From NCBI GenBank assembly GCA_964291495.2, contig OZ219871.1, positions 832,001 through 896,000 on the forward strand: DNA of 64,000 bases, read 5' to 3'. This DNA is from Dehalococcoidia bacterium. GTDB taxonomy: Bacteria > Chloroflexota > Dehalococcoidia > UBA2979. A program made the translations under genes and the position numbers. The notes under the pieces are model-generated. The model saw only the letters and a list, made by a program, of their open reading frames with translations, was not told where the DNA came from and searched no databases. Of this stretch, positions 38,202 to 48,439 are shown in pieces (the stretch's first letter is position 1; each line of letters starts with the position of its first letter).

Positions 38202-38482
38202 CAGTTTCTCCTTCGCCTCCGTCGCCGGAACGCCGCGAGGGCGTTGCCGGACAGTTCGTAGGCGGTGACGACAAATGCGCTGCCCGGCTCCGGGTCGCGT
38301 ACATACACTACCAGAAGGTACCGCCCTCCGAGCGTCTGTCCGATCGCGAGGCGGGAGTTGCGCCGACCCGGCAGGTCCTCCGCGGGGGAGGCCATGACCT
38401 CCTCCACCTCGCGCTCGTGCACGTCATGCCGATGGATGTGGGCATCGCCCGTGTGGGGGTCCGTGTAGAAGCGCAGGTCCAT
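38201..38482 (-). CDS. BrnT/DUF4258-like putative toxin
   Basis: HI..H.V...EVEEV...IGQT..GRYL.VVY....VVTAY. Confidence 0.65.
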   Translation of the reverse strand: MDLRFYTDPHTGDAHIHRHDVHEREVEEVMASPAEDLPGRRNSRLAIGQTLGGRYLLVVYVRDPEPGSAFVVTAYELSGNALAAFRRRRRRRN

Positions 38483-38600
38483 ATCCGCGAGCACCACCTT
38501 GCTCTGTCGCTCCATGGGATTCGTACCGGGAGCTCGCCTTCCGGGCAACGGACCGGCCCCCGCAACACCGCGCAGCGCCAATCCGTGTGAAGATCGGCGC

Positions 38601-39431
38601 ATGACGCTTGCCGGGGGCCGCGAGTTGCTGGCCGATGCGGAGCGGGGCGGCTACGCCGTACCCGGCTTCAACGTCTCCAACCTCGAGCTCGCGCTCGGCG
38701 TGCTCGACGCCGCCGAGGCGCGCCGCTCGCCGGTGCTGCTGCAGTTCAATCCCGGCAACCTCGACCACTTCGGCGGCATCGCCGTCGCCGCGGCGACAGC
38801 CCGCACGCTTGCCGAGCGCGCGCGCGTGCCGGTCGCCGTGCACCTCGACCACGGCCACGATCTCGAGCTGCTGCGCGCCGCCGCCCGCGCCGGCTTCAGT
38901 TCGCTGATGTACGACGGCTCGATCAAGCCGCTGGACCTCAACATCCGGGAGACGCTCGAGGCCGCCGCGGTCGCGCTCGAGCACGGCGTCGCCCTCGAGG
39001 CCGAGCTCGGGCACGTCGGCGGGCGCGAGCCCGGCGTCGTCACCTCGGAGTCCGTGCTCACCGACCCGGCGGCCGCCCGACGCTTCGTCGAGGAGACACA
39101 GGTCGACGCGCTGGCCGTCTCGGTCGGCACGGCGCACGGCCTCGCGGGCAACGTCGACCTGGCGCTGCTGCGCGAGCTGCGCGCGGCGGTGCGCGGGCTG
39201 CCGCTGGTGCTGCACGGCGGCTCGGGCGTGCCGCCAAGGCAGCTGCGCGACTGCGTGCGCGCGGGCATCCGCAAGCTCAACGTCAGCAGCGAGATCCACG
39301 CCGCCTTCGCCCGCGCCATCGCCGGCGCGGGCGACCGTGATCCGCGACCGGCCCTGCTGGAGGCGCGCGCCGCCGTCGCAGCCGTGGCGGGGGAGCGGAT
39401 GGACGCCCTCGGCTCCGCGTTGCGCGCCTGA
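38601..39431 (+). CDS. Class II fructose/tagatose-bisphosphate aldolase
   Basis: HLDH, MYDGS, EAELG, VGTAHG, LVLHGGSG, K.NV. Confidence 0.9.
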   Translation: MTLAGGRELLADAERGGYAVPGFNVSNLELALGVLDAAEARRSPVLLQFNPGNLDHFGGIAVAAATARTLAERARVPVAVHLDHGHDLELLRAAARAGFSSLMYDGSIKPLDLNIRETLEAAAVALEHGVALEAELGHVGGREPGVVTSESVLTDPAAARRFVEETQVDALAVSVGTAHGLAGNVDLALLRELRAAVRGLPLVLHGGSGVPPRQLRDCVRAGIRKLNVSSEIHAAFARAIAGAGDRDPRPALLEARAAVAAVAGERMDALGSALRA

Positions 39432-39495
39432 GCGGCCTTCGAGGACTGCGCCTGTCCGGGGGTTCCGTACAGGGCGCGTAGGTATACTCGATGCG

Positions 39496-40311
39496 ATGGT
39501 GAATCAGCCGCCGGCGGACCCGGGCAGGCCTCCCCAGCACCTCGATCCGCGCGAGCCGGCAGGCGCGCGGCCGCCCGTCCGCGCACTCAGCTTCGCGCAC
39601 GCGCCCAGCCACGGCGGCCTCGCGGAGCGCGACCCTTGGGGCGCCCCGATCGAGCCACCGCTCCCGGTCCCGGACGAGCGCACCACGCTGCAACGGATCT
39701 GGCCGTTCGGACTGCGCGGCGTGAGCGAAACGCTCGAGGTGGTCGCGCTCGCCCTGCTGATGTTCATCGTCGTGCGCGGCGTCGCCCAGAACTTCATCGT
39801 CGACGGCGGCTCGATGGAGCCGAACTTCCGGCACGCCGACATGGTCGTCGTCAACAAGCTCGCCTACCGCACCTTCGACTTCTCCTGGCTGCCGCTGGTG
39901 GAGGAAGACGCCTGGCAGCCCTTCGGCGCGATCGAGCAGGGCGACGTCGTCGTCTTCGCCTTTCCGCTGGGCCAGGACCGCGACTTCATCAAGCGCGTGG
40001 TCGCGCTGCCCGGACAGACCGTCGAGGTACGCGACGGGAACGTAATGGTGGACGGCGTCGCGCTGGACGAGCCTTACCTGCTGCACGCTCCGAGCTACGC
40101 GTTCGGCCCGCAGACAGTCCCCATCGGCCACGTCTTCGTCCTCGGCGACGCGCGCAACAACTCCTACGACTCGCACTCCTGGGGGATGCTCTACCAGGGC
40201 CTGATCATCGGCCGCGCCGAGCTGCGCTACTGGCCGCTCGACCGCTTCGGCATCGTCGGCCACGAGGAGCCGGGCACGCAGAGCGGCGTCGAGGTCAGCC
40301 AGTCCCGGTGA
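39496..40311 (+). CDS. lepB: Signal peptidase I
   Basis: GSMEP, FIKRVV.LPG, LGD.RNNS.DS; TATACT -10 at 39483 suggests a leaderless mRNA. Confidence 0.92.
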   Translation: MVNQPPADPGRPPQHLDPREPAGARPPVRALSFAHAPSHGGLAERDPWGAPIEPPLPVPDERTTLQRIWPFGLRGVSETLEVVALALLMFIVVRGVAQNFIVDGGSMEPNFRHADMVVVNKLAYRTFDFSWLPLVEEDAWQPFGAIEQGDVVVFAFPLGQDRDFIKRVVALPGQTVEVRDGNVMVDGVALDEPYLLHAPSYAFGPQTVPIGHVFVLGDARNNSYDSHSWGMLYQGLIIGRAELRYWPLDRFGIVGHEEPGTQSGVEVSQSR

Positions 40312-40886
40312 CGCGCGACGAGGCGGCCGACCCCGCGGTGATCGCCGCCTTCGAGGAGAGCGGCGCCTTCCTCGACGGCCATTTCCAGCTCGCCTCGGGC
40401 CGCCACGCCGCCCGCTACGTCGAGAAGTTCAACCTCCTGCAATGGCCGGACCGCACGGCCGAGATCTGCGCCCGGCTCGCCGAGGCGGCGCGCGGCCTGG
40501 CGCCGCAGACCGTGGCCGGCCCGACCACCGGCGGGGTGATCCTCGCCTACGAGATGGCCCGGCAGCTGGGCGTGCGCGGGATCATCGCCGAGCGCCGTCC
40601 GGACGGGCCCGGCCGGGCGATCCAGCGCGACTTCCGACTCAACCCCGGCGAGCGCGTGCTGATCGCCGACGACGTGGTGACCAGCGGCGGCTCCGTGCAC
40701 GACACGATCGAGGCCGTGCGCGAGGCCGGCGGCGAGCCCGTCGGCGTGACCGTGCTCGTCGACCGCTCGGCCGGGCGCGCCGACTTCGGCCTGCCCTTCT
40801 TCGCCGCCGCCACGCTCGACATCGAGAGCTGGGAGCCCCCCGACTGCCCGCTCTGTCCCGAGGGCGTCCCGCTCACGATCACGTAG
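40308..40886 (+). CDS. pyrE: Orotate phosphoribosyltransferase
   Basis: GHF.LASGRH, VLIADDVVTSGGS, VDRS. Confidence 0.9.
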   Translation: MTRDEAADPAVIAAFEESGAFLDGHFQLASGRHAARYVEKFNLLQWPDRTAEICARLAEAARGLAPQTVAGPTTGGVILAYEMARQLGVRGIIAERRPDGPGRAIQRDFRLNPGERVLIADDVVTSGGSVHDTIEAVREAGGEPVGVTVLVDRSAGRADFGLPFFAAATLDIESWEPPDCPLCPEGVPLTIT

Positions 40887-40914
40887 TCCGCGTCTGCCCG
40901 CCACGCCTGCTAGA

Positions 40915-41865
40915 GTGCCGCTCGCGAGGACGGAGGCGGCGGTGCGATTCAGCGTCCAGACCGGGCAGCAAAACATCGAGTGGGGCGAGCTCTCCGAGAC
41001 GTGGCAGCGCCTCGAGGCGCTCGGCTACGACGGCGCCTGGACGATCGACCACTTCCTGCCGACCGGCACGCGGGACACCGAGGGGCCGTGCATGGACGGC
41101 TGGGTGGTGCTCGCCGCGCTGGCGGCGGAGACGGAGCGGCTGCGCTTCGGCACCCTCGTGACGGGCAACCTCTTCCGCAACCCTGCGCTGCTCGCCAAGA
41201 CCGCGACGACGATCGACCAGATCTCGGGCGGGCGGCTGGAGTTCGGCATCGGCGCGGGCAACAACCCGCTCGAGCACGCCGCCTACGGCTGGCCGTTCCC
41301 CTCGGCGCGCGAACGCCTCGAGCGGCTCGACGAGGCGCTGCACGTGATCCGGCTGCTCTGGTCGGAGGAGGAGGAAGTCTCCTTCGAGGGCGAGTACTAC
41401 AGCCTCAGCCAGGCCCCGTTCCGCCCGCCTCCCATGCAGCGGCCGCACCCGCCGATCCTCGTGGGCGGCGCGGGCGAGCGGCGCACGCTCAACATCGTCG
41501 CGCGCCACGCCGACGCCTGGAACGGCGTCGGGACCGCCGCCGACCTCGCCCCGAAGGTCGCGGTGCTGAGGCAGCACTGCAACGACGTGGGGCGGCGCTT
41601 CGAGGAGATCCGGCTGACCGCGGGCACGCCGCTGATCCCGGACGCGATCTACGAGCGCTGGACGGAGCGCACCGCCGGGCGGCGCGGTATCAGCGTCGAG
41701 GAGCAGCGCGCGCAGACCATCGGCGGCCCGCCCGAGTCGATGCAGGCGGCGGTGCAGGGTTACGTCGACGGCGGCTTCGACGAGGTGATCCTGATGATGA
41801 ACACCCCCTACGACTGGCCCGCAATCGAGCGCTTCGCCTCGGAGGTCGCTCCGGCCTTCCGCTAG
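40915..41865 (+). CDS. LLM-class (probably F420-dependent) oxidoreductase
   Basis: DHF, LVT.N.FRNP.LLAK..TIDQISGGR, PILVGG.GE. Confidence 0.88.
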   Translation: MPLARTEAAVRFSVQTGQQNIEWGELSETWQRLEALGYDGAWTIDHFLPTGTRDTEGPCMDGWVVLAALAAETERLRFGTLVTGNLFRNPALLAKTATTIDQISGGRLEFGIGAGNNPLEHAAYGWPFPSARERLERLDEALHVIRLLWSEEEEVSFEGEYYSLSQAPFRPPPMQRPHPPILVGGAGERRTLNIVARHADAWNGVGTAADLAPKVAVLRQHCNDVGRRFEEIRLTAGTPLIPDAIYERWTERTAGRRGISVEEQRAQTIGGPPESMQAAVQGYVDGGFDEVILMMNTPYDWPAIERFASEVAPAFR

Positions 41866-41890
41866 CCGGGGCGCGCGGCTCGGCGGAGGC

Positions 41891-42355
41891 CTATCGCGGC
41901 GTGCCTGATCGGCCGCCCGGCCCTCCGCTGAGCGCCGGTTCCGACGCCGGGGCGGCAATCACCTGCAAGCGCTTGCCGACCGCTCCGAGTGCGGCGTCCA
42001 TCTGGTCCAGCCGCGAGTGGTGGTTCACGTCGAGCACTCGATCGACTTGTGGCATGTGCCAGCCGAGGCGGCGTGCCAGCTCGGCCTTCCCGACGCCCTG
42101 ATCCCGCATCCCCTGGTAGAGCATCACCTTGACCGAGGTGAGGGTCGGCAGCACGGCGTCGATCTCGCCTCGGGAGGGCTCTGGAATGTCCCTGCGATCG
42201 TGGATGCGGGCAGCGATTGCCTCTTCGAGGGCGTCGACGGCGCGGGCGAGGGCCTCCTCGCGGTCGTCACCGAAGGTAGTCAGCTCAGGGAAGTCGGGCG
42301 ATGTCGCCAGCACGGCGCCATCGCCGTCCTCAAGCACGATCGGGTAGGCGAGCAT
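41891..42355 (-). CDS. hicB: HicB family antitoxin
   Basis: PDFPEL.TFGD.REEAL..A.DAL; C-terminal HTH. Confidence 0.88.
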   Translation of the reverse strand: MLAYPIVLEDGDGAVLATSPDFPELTTFGDDREEALARAVDALEEAIAARIHDRRDIPEPSRGEIDAVLPTLTSVKVMLYQGMRDQGVGKAELARRLGWHMPQVDRVLDVNHHSRLDQMDAALGAVGKRLQVIAAPASEPALSGGPGGRSGTPR

Positions 42356-42542
42356 CAGTTCAACCCCAGGTCCTTCTTGATCTTGGCGACGAGCCCTCGT
42401 CCCAACTCCTTGCGTCCGCCGTGCATCGGCAGTGGCTGGTTCGGTTCCCACGCCGCACGGTGATGTGCCCGCTGCCGCCCTTGTGGGTATGAAACGTGCA
42501 GCCCCGTCTGCTCAGCCAGCGACGGAACTCGCGCGCGTTCAT
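42355..42542 (-). pseudogene. hicA: HicA toxin with a 1-bp frameshift near 42433 (pseudogene or assembly error)
   Basis: MNAREFRRWL..G...GSGH; restored frame gives LPMHG.RKEL..GLV.KIKKDLGLN and a TGATG overlap with hicB. Confidence 0.75.
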
Positions 42543-42683
42543 CGATCCGATCGTACGCAACACTTCTGTTGTTGTCACATCCCTGCTGCTCGCGACTTCG
42601 CCCTACCCCCGCCCGCTTGACGCGCCGCGCGCGGGCGCACCACCATCGGGCGGCAGCCAGCCCGCGCGCGGAGGGCGGTGCGT

Positions 42684-43898
42684 GTGAGCGGGACGAACGG
42701 CGACGGATCGGGCGACGCGTCCGAGGGCGCGACGGCCCTCGACGGCCTGCGCGTCGTCGAGATCGCGGCCGGGCGCGCCGTCGCCTACTGCGCGCAACTG
42801 CTCGCCCAGTACGGCGCCGAGGTGATCCGCATCGAGCCGCCCGGCGGCGATGCGATCCGCCTCGCCGGTCCCTTCAACGGCGACACGCCCGACCCCGACG
42901 GCGGCGGACTGCACGCCGCCATCAACCGCGGCAAGCGCAGCGTCGCGCTCGACCTCGAACGCGACGAGGAGGCAGCGCTCGCGGCCCGGCTGATCGAGGG
43001 CGCCGCGCTGCTCGTCTCCGACTGGCGCGAGGGCGAGCGGCTCGCCCCGGAGCTGCCGCTCGCCGACCCGGAGCGCTGGGGCGAGCGCTTCCCGGAGACG
43101 ACCTTCGTCTCGATCTCCGACTTCGGCATGACCGGGCCGTACGCTGCATGGCGCGCGGACAGCCACATCATCGAGGGCCTCGCGGGGTTCTCTTACGTGA
43201 GCGGTGATCCGGACCGCGAGCCGCTCAGCGCGGGCATCGAGATCAGCGACTACTTCGCGGCCACGCATGCGGCGATCTCCGCGCTCGCCGCCGTCGCCGC
43301 GGCACGCCGGGGACAGCACACGCACGTGGTCGACGTCTCCGCGCATGAGGCGCTGACGATGACGGACGACCACAACCTCGTCGTCTGGCTCGGCTCGGGC
43401 GTGGTGCGGAAGCGCTACTACTCGCGGATCCTGCCCGGCTACCCGAACGACATCATGGCCTGCAAGGACGGCTATATCGCCTTCGTGCCCGTCGGCACGG
43501 GCCATCACGACTTCGCCGGAGTGATCTCGACGCTGCTCGAACGGCCGGACATGAAGGACAGCCCGATCTTCACGGAGACGCAGACGCGCAACCTGCGCTG
43601 GCGCGAGTTCGACGCCGTCGCGCTGCCCTGGCTGGCACGCCACACCCGCGAGGAGATCTTCCGGCGAGCTGGCGAGCTGGGGCTTGGCTTCGGCACGGTC
43701 CCGGACGTCGAGGACCTGCTCGGCGATCACCACCTCGAGGAGCGCGACTACTGGGACGAAGGACCGGACGGCGTCCGGCTCACCGGCGCGGGCGCGATCC
43801 TCTCGGCCACGCCTCAGCGCTTCGGCCCCGCGCCCGCCCTCGACGCCGACGGCGAGGCGCTGCGCGCGAGCGCGGCGACGGCGGACGGGGCGGCCTGA
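42684..43898 (+). CDS. Family III CoA-transferase (CaiB/BaiF)
   Basis: LDGLRVVE, GAEVIRIEPPGGD, NRGKRSV.LDL, ISDFG.TGPY. Confidence 0.9.
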   Translation: MSGTNGDGSGDASEGATALDGLRVVEIAAGRAVAYCAQLLAQYGAEVIRIEPPGGDAIRLAGPFNGDTPDPDGGGLHAAINRGKRSVALDLERDEEAALAARLIEGAALLVSDWREGERLAPELPLADPERWGERFPETTFVSISDFGMTGPYAAWRADSHIIEGLAGFSYVSGDPDREPLSAGIEISDYFAATHAAISALAAVAAARRGQHTHVVDVSAHEALTMTDDHNLVVWLGSGVVRKRYYSRILPGYPNDIMACKDGYIAFVPVGTGHHDFAGVISTLLERPDMKDSPIFTETQTRNLRWREFDAVALPWLARHTREEIFRRAGELGLGFGTVPDVEDLLGDHHLEERDYWDEGPDGVRLTGAGAILSATPQRFGPAPALDADGEALRASAATADGAA

Positions 43899-43899
43899 G

Positions 43900-45240
43900 A
43901 TGCGCTTCTTCGAGGATCTGAAGGTCGTCGCGCTGACCCAGGGCTGGGTCGGGCCGCTGGCGACCCGCATCCTCTCCGACCTCGGTGCGAACATGGTGCG
44001 CGTCGAGCGGGCGTTCACGCCGGGCGGCAACTACGGCAACCGCACGCTCTTCCCGCCTCGCAACGACATCACGGGCGAGGTCTGGAACCGCAACATCTAC
44101 TTCACCGTCCGCAACGCCGGCACGCGCTCCGCGATGATCGACCTCGGGCAGGAGGAGGGCCGCGCGCTGGTGCGCCGGCTGATCTCCGAGGCCGACGTGG
44201 TCGTCGAGAACTTCATGCCCGGCGTCGTCGCCCGCCTCGGCTTCGACTTCAAGGAGCTGCACGAGGAGTTCCCGGAGCTGATCCTGCTGCACCTGAGCGG
44301 CTTCGGGCAGACCGGCCCCAACGCCTTCCGCCCCGCCAACGGCATGACGATGGAGCCCGCCTCGGGCGTGCCGACGGTGACCGGCTACCGTGGCGAGGGC
44401 CCGACGAAGACCGGCCAGACCTGGGTCGACCCCTACTCCGGGCTGCACGGGACGGCCGCCCTCGTGGCCGCCCTGATCCACCGGGACCGCACGGGCGAGG
44501 GCCAGATCATCGACGTCTCGATGCAGGAGGCGACGCTGCCGGTCCTCGAGTCGCAGTTCGCCGACTACCAGCGCAACGGCCGCCACCAGACGCGCGACGG
44601 CAACCGCCGCCCGGGCACGGTGCGCGGCGCCTACTCCTGCGCGGGTGACGACGACTGGGTGGCGATCTCGCTGCGCACCGAGGCGGAGTGGCAGGCCTTC
44701 TGTCGCGCGAGCGGCCACGAGGCCTGGCTCGACGACCCGCGCTTTGCGGACGCCGCCTCGCGCACGGAGCACCACGACGCCCTCGACGAGCTGATCGGCG
44801 AGTGGACGCGGGAGCGGGACAAGTTCGAGGTCGCCACGCTACTGCAGGCGGCGGGCGCGCCCGCCGGGCCGATCCTCAAGGCCGACGAGGTGATCGCGGA
44901 CCCGCACCTGGCCGCGCGCGAGTTCTTCGACGATCTGAAGATCGGCGACTTCGGGCGCGTGCCGATCCAGCGCTATCTGCCCGCGAAGTTCGACGGCGCC
45001 GCCGTGCCCGCAAAGGGGCCGGCGCCGCACCTCGGGGCGGACACGGACGCGGTGCTGGCGGAGCTGGGGCTGAGCGAGGCCGAGATCGAGGACCTGCACG
45101 CGCGGCGCATCGCCGACCGCGCCTCCGACCTGCAATCGGACCCCATCGCGCGCGAGGGCTCGCAGCTCCCGTTCGAGGACTACGAGGAGATGGGCTCCGT
45201 GCTGCGCATCGACCGCGACTACGCGCCGAAGCCGTTGTAG
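43900..45240 (+). CDS. Family III CoA-transferase
   Basis: DVVVENF.PGV, SGFGQTGP, GQIIDVSM. Confidence 0.9.
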   Translation: MRFFEDLKVVALTQGWVGPLATRILSDLGANMVRVERAFTPGGNYGNRTLFPPRNDITGEVWNRNIYFTVRNAGTRSAMIDLGQEEGRALVRRLISEADVVVENFMPGVVARLGFDFKELHEEFPELILLHLSGFGQTGPNAFRPANGMTMEPASGVPTVTGYRGEGPTKTGQTWVDPYSGLHGTAALVAALIHRDRTGEGQIIDVSMQEATLPVLESQFADYQRNGRHQTRDGNRRPGTVRGAYSCAGDDDWVAISLRTEAEWQAFCRASGHEAWLDDPRFADAASRTEHHDALDELIGEWTRERDKFEVATLLQAAGAPAGPILKADEVIADPHLAAREFFDDLKIGDFGRVPIQRYLPAKFDGAAVPAKGPAPHLGADTDAVLAELGLSEAEIEDLHARRIADRASDLQSDPIAREGSQLPFEDYEEMGSVLRIDRDYAPKPL

Positions 45241-45268
45241 GAAGCGACAGGCCAGAGCCTGTCGTTTC
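45241..45268 (+). terminator. Hairpin between convergent genes
   Basis: GAAGCGACAGGC-CAGA-GCCTGTCGTTTC. Confidence 0.5.
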
Positions 45269-45337
45269 GCGATTCACTTATCGGCCGCGCCCTGTGCGTG
45301 GCACTCGGAGCGGCACACCCAAAGGGGGGAAGTGGCC

Positions 45338-45727
45338 CTAGTCGCGCCACCCCCACACGGCTATTCGCAGGGCGGTGACCACGCACGCGTAGGCCGCGGC
45401 GGCCACGAAGTTCAACGGTGCCCCGCCAGGCCAGTTGTGGAGCACCAGGGTGCCGCCGGAGATCAGCACGGCCACAAAGACGAAACTGCGGAACGTCGTT
45501 CCGCGCGTCAGTGACGGCGGCTTGATGGCTCCCCGCATCCACCAGCTGTACAGCAGAACGGCCGCCCACTGGTAGGCGATGATGGACGCGAACACCCACG
45601 CAACTGGCCATCTTGGCCACGTAACGTAGAACACCAAGAGGGTGCCACCGCCGAACACGATCACGAAGAAGGCGATCGTGTGGAGCAGTTCGCCCCATGT
45701 CGTGTTCGGCGGAAGCCAGCGGCTCAT
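45338..45727 (-). CDS. Hypothetical four-TM membrane protein
   Basis: Four hydrophobic segments; less GC-biased codons. Confidence 0.55.
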   Translation of the reverse strand: MSRWLPPNTTWGELLHTIAFFVIVFGGGTLLVFYVTWPRWPVAWVFASIIAYQWAAVLLYSWWMRGAIKPPSLTRGTTFRSFVFVAVLISGGTLVLHNWPGGAPLNFVAAAAYACVVTALRIAVWGWRD

Positions 45728-45819
45728 AGAGGGTCAGGCTAGAACGGCTTGAGAGGGATTACAAACGTAGCAGCGCGAGCAGGAACCTGACTTGGCCAGC
45801 CCACAACAAGTAGGAGGCA

Positions 45820-47691
45820 CTAGCGCGCGGGGAGCCGGTCCTGCGCGTGCCAGACGCGATCGAGGATCGGGCGGCCCTCGCCGGCGGGGTCGACGAACTC
45901 GGGGCGGTAGATCCAGTGGACCTCGCCGCCGTCGCCGCGGATCACGATCGGGCGGATGCGGTAGCCGATCAGCCGCTCCTGCGTGAATCCGAGCTCCGTC
46001 ACCATCCCCTGCGTCGTCTCCACCGACCAGTCCTGGTCGAAGACGAAGTTGCCGGACGAGTAGGTCACGAGCGCGTCGTCGAAGTGCTCCACCGCCTGCA
46101 CCCAGTGCGGGTGGCTTCCGAGCACGAACGATGCGCCGGACTCGATCGCGATGCCGCCGATCTCGCGCTGCAGCGTCGTCGGATCCGCCGTTTCCTCGAT
46201 GCCCCAGTTCGCGCCGACCACGACGTGATCCGCGATCGCGCGCGCCGACAGCACATCCTCGCGCAGCATCGATCTGTCGAGCGGCGCCGTGCCTGGTGAG
46301 TGCTCCCCGGCCTCGTACCAGGACGCGACCGTGTCGTAGCCGAGGAAGGCGAAGCGCACGAAGCCGTTCGCTGTGTGCACCCTGACCACGGCCGGGGCGC
46401 GAGCGGCCGCCAGATCCTCGCCGGCGCCGGCGGTGGCGATGCCGGCCTCGTGCAGTCGCTTCAGCGTGTCGAGCAGCGCCCCGGTGTTGGAGCAGCCCTC
46501 CCAGCAGTCGAGCATGTGGTTGCCGTTCGTCAGCATTACGTCCACCCCCGCCTCGGCCGCCGCGCCGACGGCGCGAGGGCTGCCCTGCAGCGTGAACGTC
46601 GCCACGCAGGGCGTCGGCTCGCCGAGGTCCGTCAGCGAGGAGTCGAGGGGAACGACGGCGATGTCCGCCGCCGCGATCGCGTCGCGCACGCCGTCGAACA
46701 TCGCGCCGTAGTCGTCGAGCAGGGCGAGCACGAAGTTGCTGCAGCGCACCGGGATCAGGTCGCCGGTGGTCAGCATGCCGGCCGGGTCGAAGGGAGGCGC
46801 TGCGGCCAGTCCGAGGGCGGTCGACAGCTTGACGACGTCGTTCAGGCCCGGGGCGCGGACCCAGCGCACCTCGCTGAGCGGCGAGTCACGCGCCGGATCG
46901 CGGTACGGGTCGTGGCCGTCGACGGTGAGTGCGAGCACGCCGATCCGCAGTTGCTCCGGCTCGACCAGCGCGAACGCTCCCGGCGTTCCGGCAACGAGGT
47001 CGACCAGCTCGGCGTCCGGGATCAGCTCGGCCTCCAGATCCTCGAGCGCGATCCCGAGCGCTGCCGCGATGAGCGGCGCCCGCGAGGCGGGGAGGTACGG
47101 CAGGAGCGGCTGCCGGCTACCGCCGAGCAGGGACCAGTCGGGGACCTCGCCGCGGAGGATGCCCGGCACATCTGCGCGGTCCAGGTCTAGCACGTCGCGT
47201 CGCTGGTCCGTGATCGCCGCCCAGCGTGCGAGCACGACCGGCCGGGCGCCGGCGATCGGCGCGTCGGCGACTGCCCAGCGCGCCCCGGCATCGGTGGCCG
47301 GGCCGAAGTCGGGCGCTGCGGCCAGGGCCGCCTCGAGGCGGGCGCGCTCTGCCGGATCTGACACGAGGATCGCGACCGCCGCGCCGGCGGCCGGCGTGGG
47401 CGTCGCGACCACCGTCGGGGTTGGGGTCGCCGTCGGCGGCGCGGCGGTCGGCAACGGTGTCACGTCGGGCGTCGGCAGCGGGGTCGCCTCGGGCGTGGGC
47501 GGCGCGGTCGCCACGGCCGTCGCAACCGCCGTCGGCGCGGGCGGCGGCGGCGAGTCGCCGGACGGCCACGTGCAGGCGCTGAGGCCGATCGCAAGTGCGA
47601 GCGCGGTCAGAACCTGCAGCACGCGCCGCGCACGGCACGCGCGCACGATCTCCCCGCTCGCGACACGACCCGCCATGCTCGCTCCTGCCAC
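45820..47691 (-). CDS. CapA/PGA_cap family metallophosphatase-like lipoprotein
   Basis: LSAC lipobox, Pro/Thr linker, GD, NH.LD, G.HPHWVQ, YS.GNFVFDQ. Confidence 0.85.
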   Translation of the reverse strand: MAGASMAGRVASGEIVRACRARRVLQVLTALALAIGLSACTWPSGDSPPPPAPTAVATAVATAPPTPEATPLPTPDVTPLPTAAPPTATPTPTVVATPTPAAGAAVAILVSDPAERARLEAALAAAPDFGPATDAGARWAVADAPIAGARPVVLARWAAITDQRRDVLDLDRADVPGILRGEVPDWSLLGGSRQPLLPYLPASRAPLIAAALGIALEDLEAELIPDAELVDLVAGTPGAFALVEPEQLRIGVLALTVDGHDPYRDPARDSPLSEVRWVRAPGLNDVVKLSTALGLAAAPPFDPAGMLTTGDLIPVRCSNFVLALLDDYGAMFDGVRDAIAAADIAVVPLDSSLTDLGEPTPCVATFTLQGSPRAVGAAAEAGVDVMLTNGNHMLDCWEGCSNTGALLDTLKRLHEAGIATAGAGEDLAAARAPAVVRVHTANGFVRFAFLGYDTVASWYEAGEHSPGTAPLDRSMLREDVLSARAIADHVVVGANWGIEETADPTTLQREIGGIAIESGASFVLGSHPHWVQAVEHFDDALVTYSSGNFVFDQDWSVETTQGMVTELGFTQERLIGYRIRPIVIRGDGGEVHWIYRPEFVDPAGEGRPILDRVWHAQDRLPAR

Positions 47692-47782
47692 CCACTCTCA
47701 GGACGCGCGGCGGGAGCGGGAGGTTCCCGCACTGCGGTGGCGGCGGCAGCGGCGAACAGCGGATGGCCTGAGCGCGGTCCGC

Positions 47783-47924
47783 TCAGGCGATGTTGCGCTG
47801 GCGGAGGATCGCCACGTCCTCGGGCGTGTAGCCGAGCGCGGAGGTCAATACCTCGCTGGTGTGCTCGCCGAGCAGCGGCGCGCGGCGCAGCGCGCCCGGC
47901 GTGCCGTGCATGCGGATGGGCAGC
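47783..47924. repeat. 142-bp direct repeat of the CoA-transferase 3' end (other copy 48440-48581)
   Basis: Three substitutions between copies. Confidence 0.92.
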
Positions 47925-47939
47925 AGCGGAGCAGCACCC

Positions 47940-48242
47940 TCAGGGGTCGGTCTTGAGGAGTGCCGGGAGGATTGTCGTATTCCAGTAGTCGTCATCACCC
48001 GCCCGCCGTAACTCCTCCACCAACTGCGCCGTCTCCACGCCGACATCCTCCGCCAGTTCCGAGGCGGACCGGTCACCGGCCAACGCGGTGACAGCCTCGC
48101 GCAGCTTCAGCACGTATTGCGCAACATCGTATGCAGCTCGATCGGATGCGGCGCGGACCTGCAGAGCCTCGAGCTTCTCGAGCCAGTCCAGACCCCGTTC
48201 GGCCTCGTCGAACCTGTCATCCAGTGCGTCGGTCGTAGTCAT
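47940..48242 (-). CDS. Hypothetical 100-aa helical protein between the 142-bp repeats
   Basis: GGAGG RBS + ATG; palindrome GTGGTA-N8-TACCAC at 48301-48320 upstream. Confidence 0.6.
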   Translation of the reverse strand: MTTTDALDDRFDEAERGLDWLEKLEALQVRAASDRAAYDVAQYVLKLREAVTALAGDRSASELAEDVGVETAQLVEELRRAGDDDYWNTTILPALLKTDP

Positions 48243-48439
48243 GTCGGTAGCCTCCACTGCCAGCATCGGCTGCGTGCGCAGGCCGCGAGAATCAATCCAC
48301 GTGGTACAGGGTACTACCACGATCCGGCGAGCGTGCCCGAGTGATGCGACGCTGCGTCCCGCGCGGGCGCCGTGTCGTTTCGCCGAGACTTCGATGGAGC
48401 CGCGGAGCCGCGCGCGGAGTGCCGGGCGCGCCCGCACCG

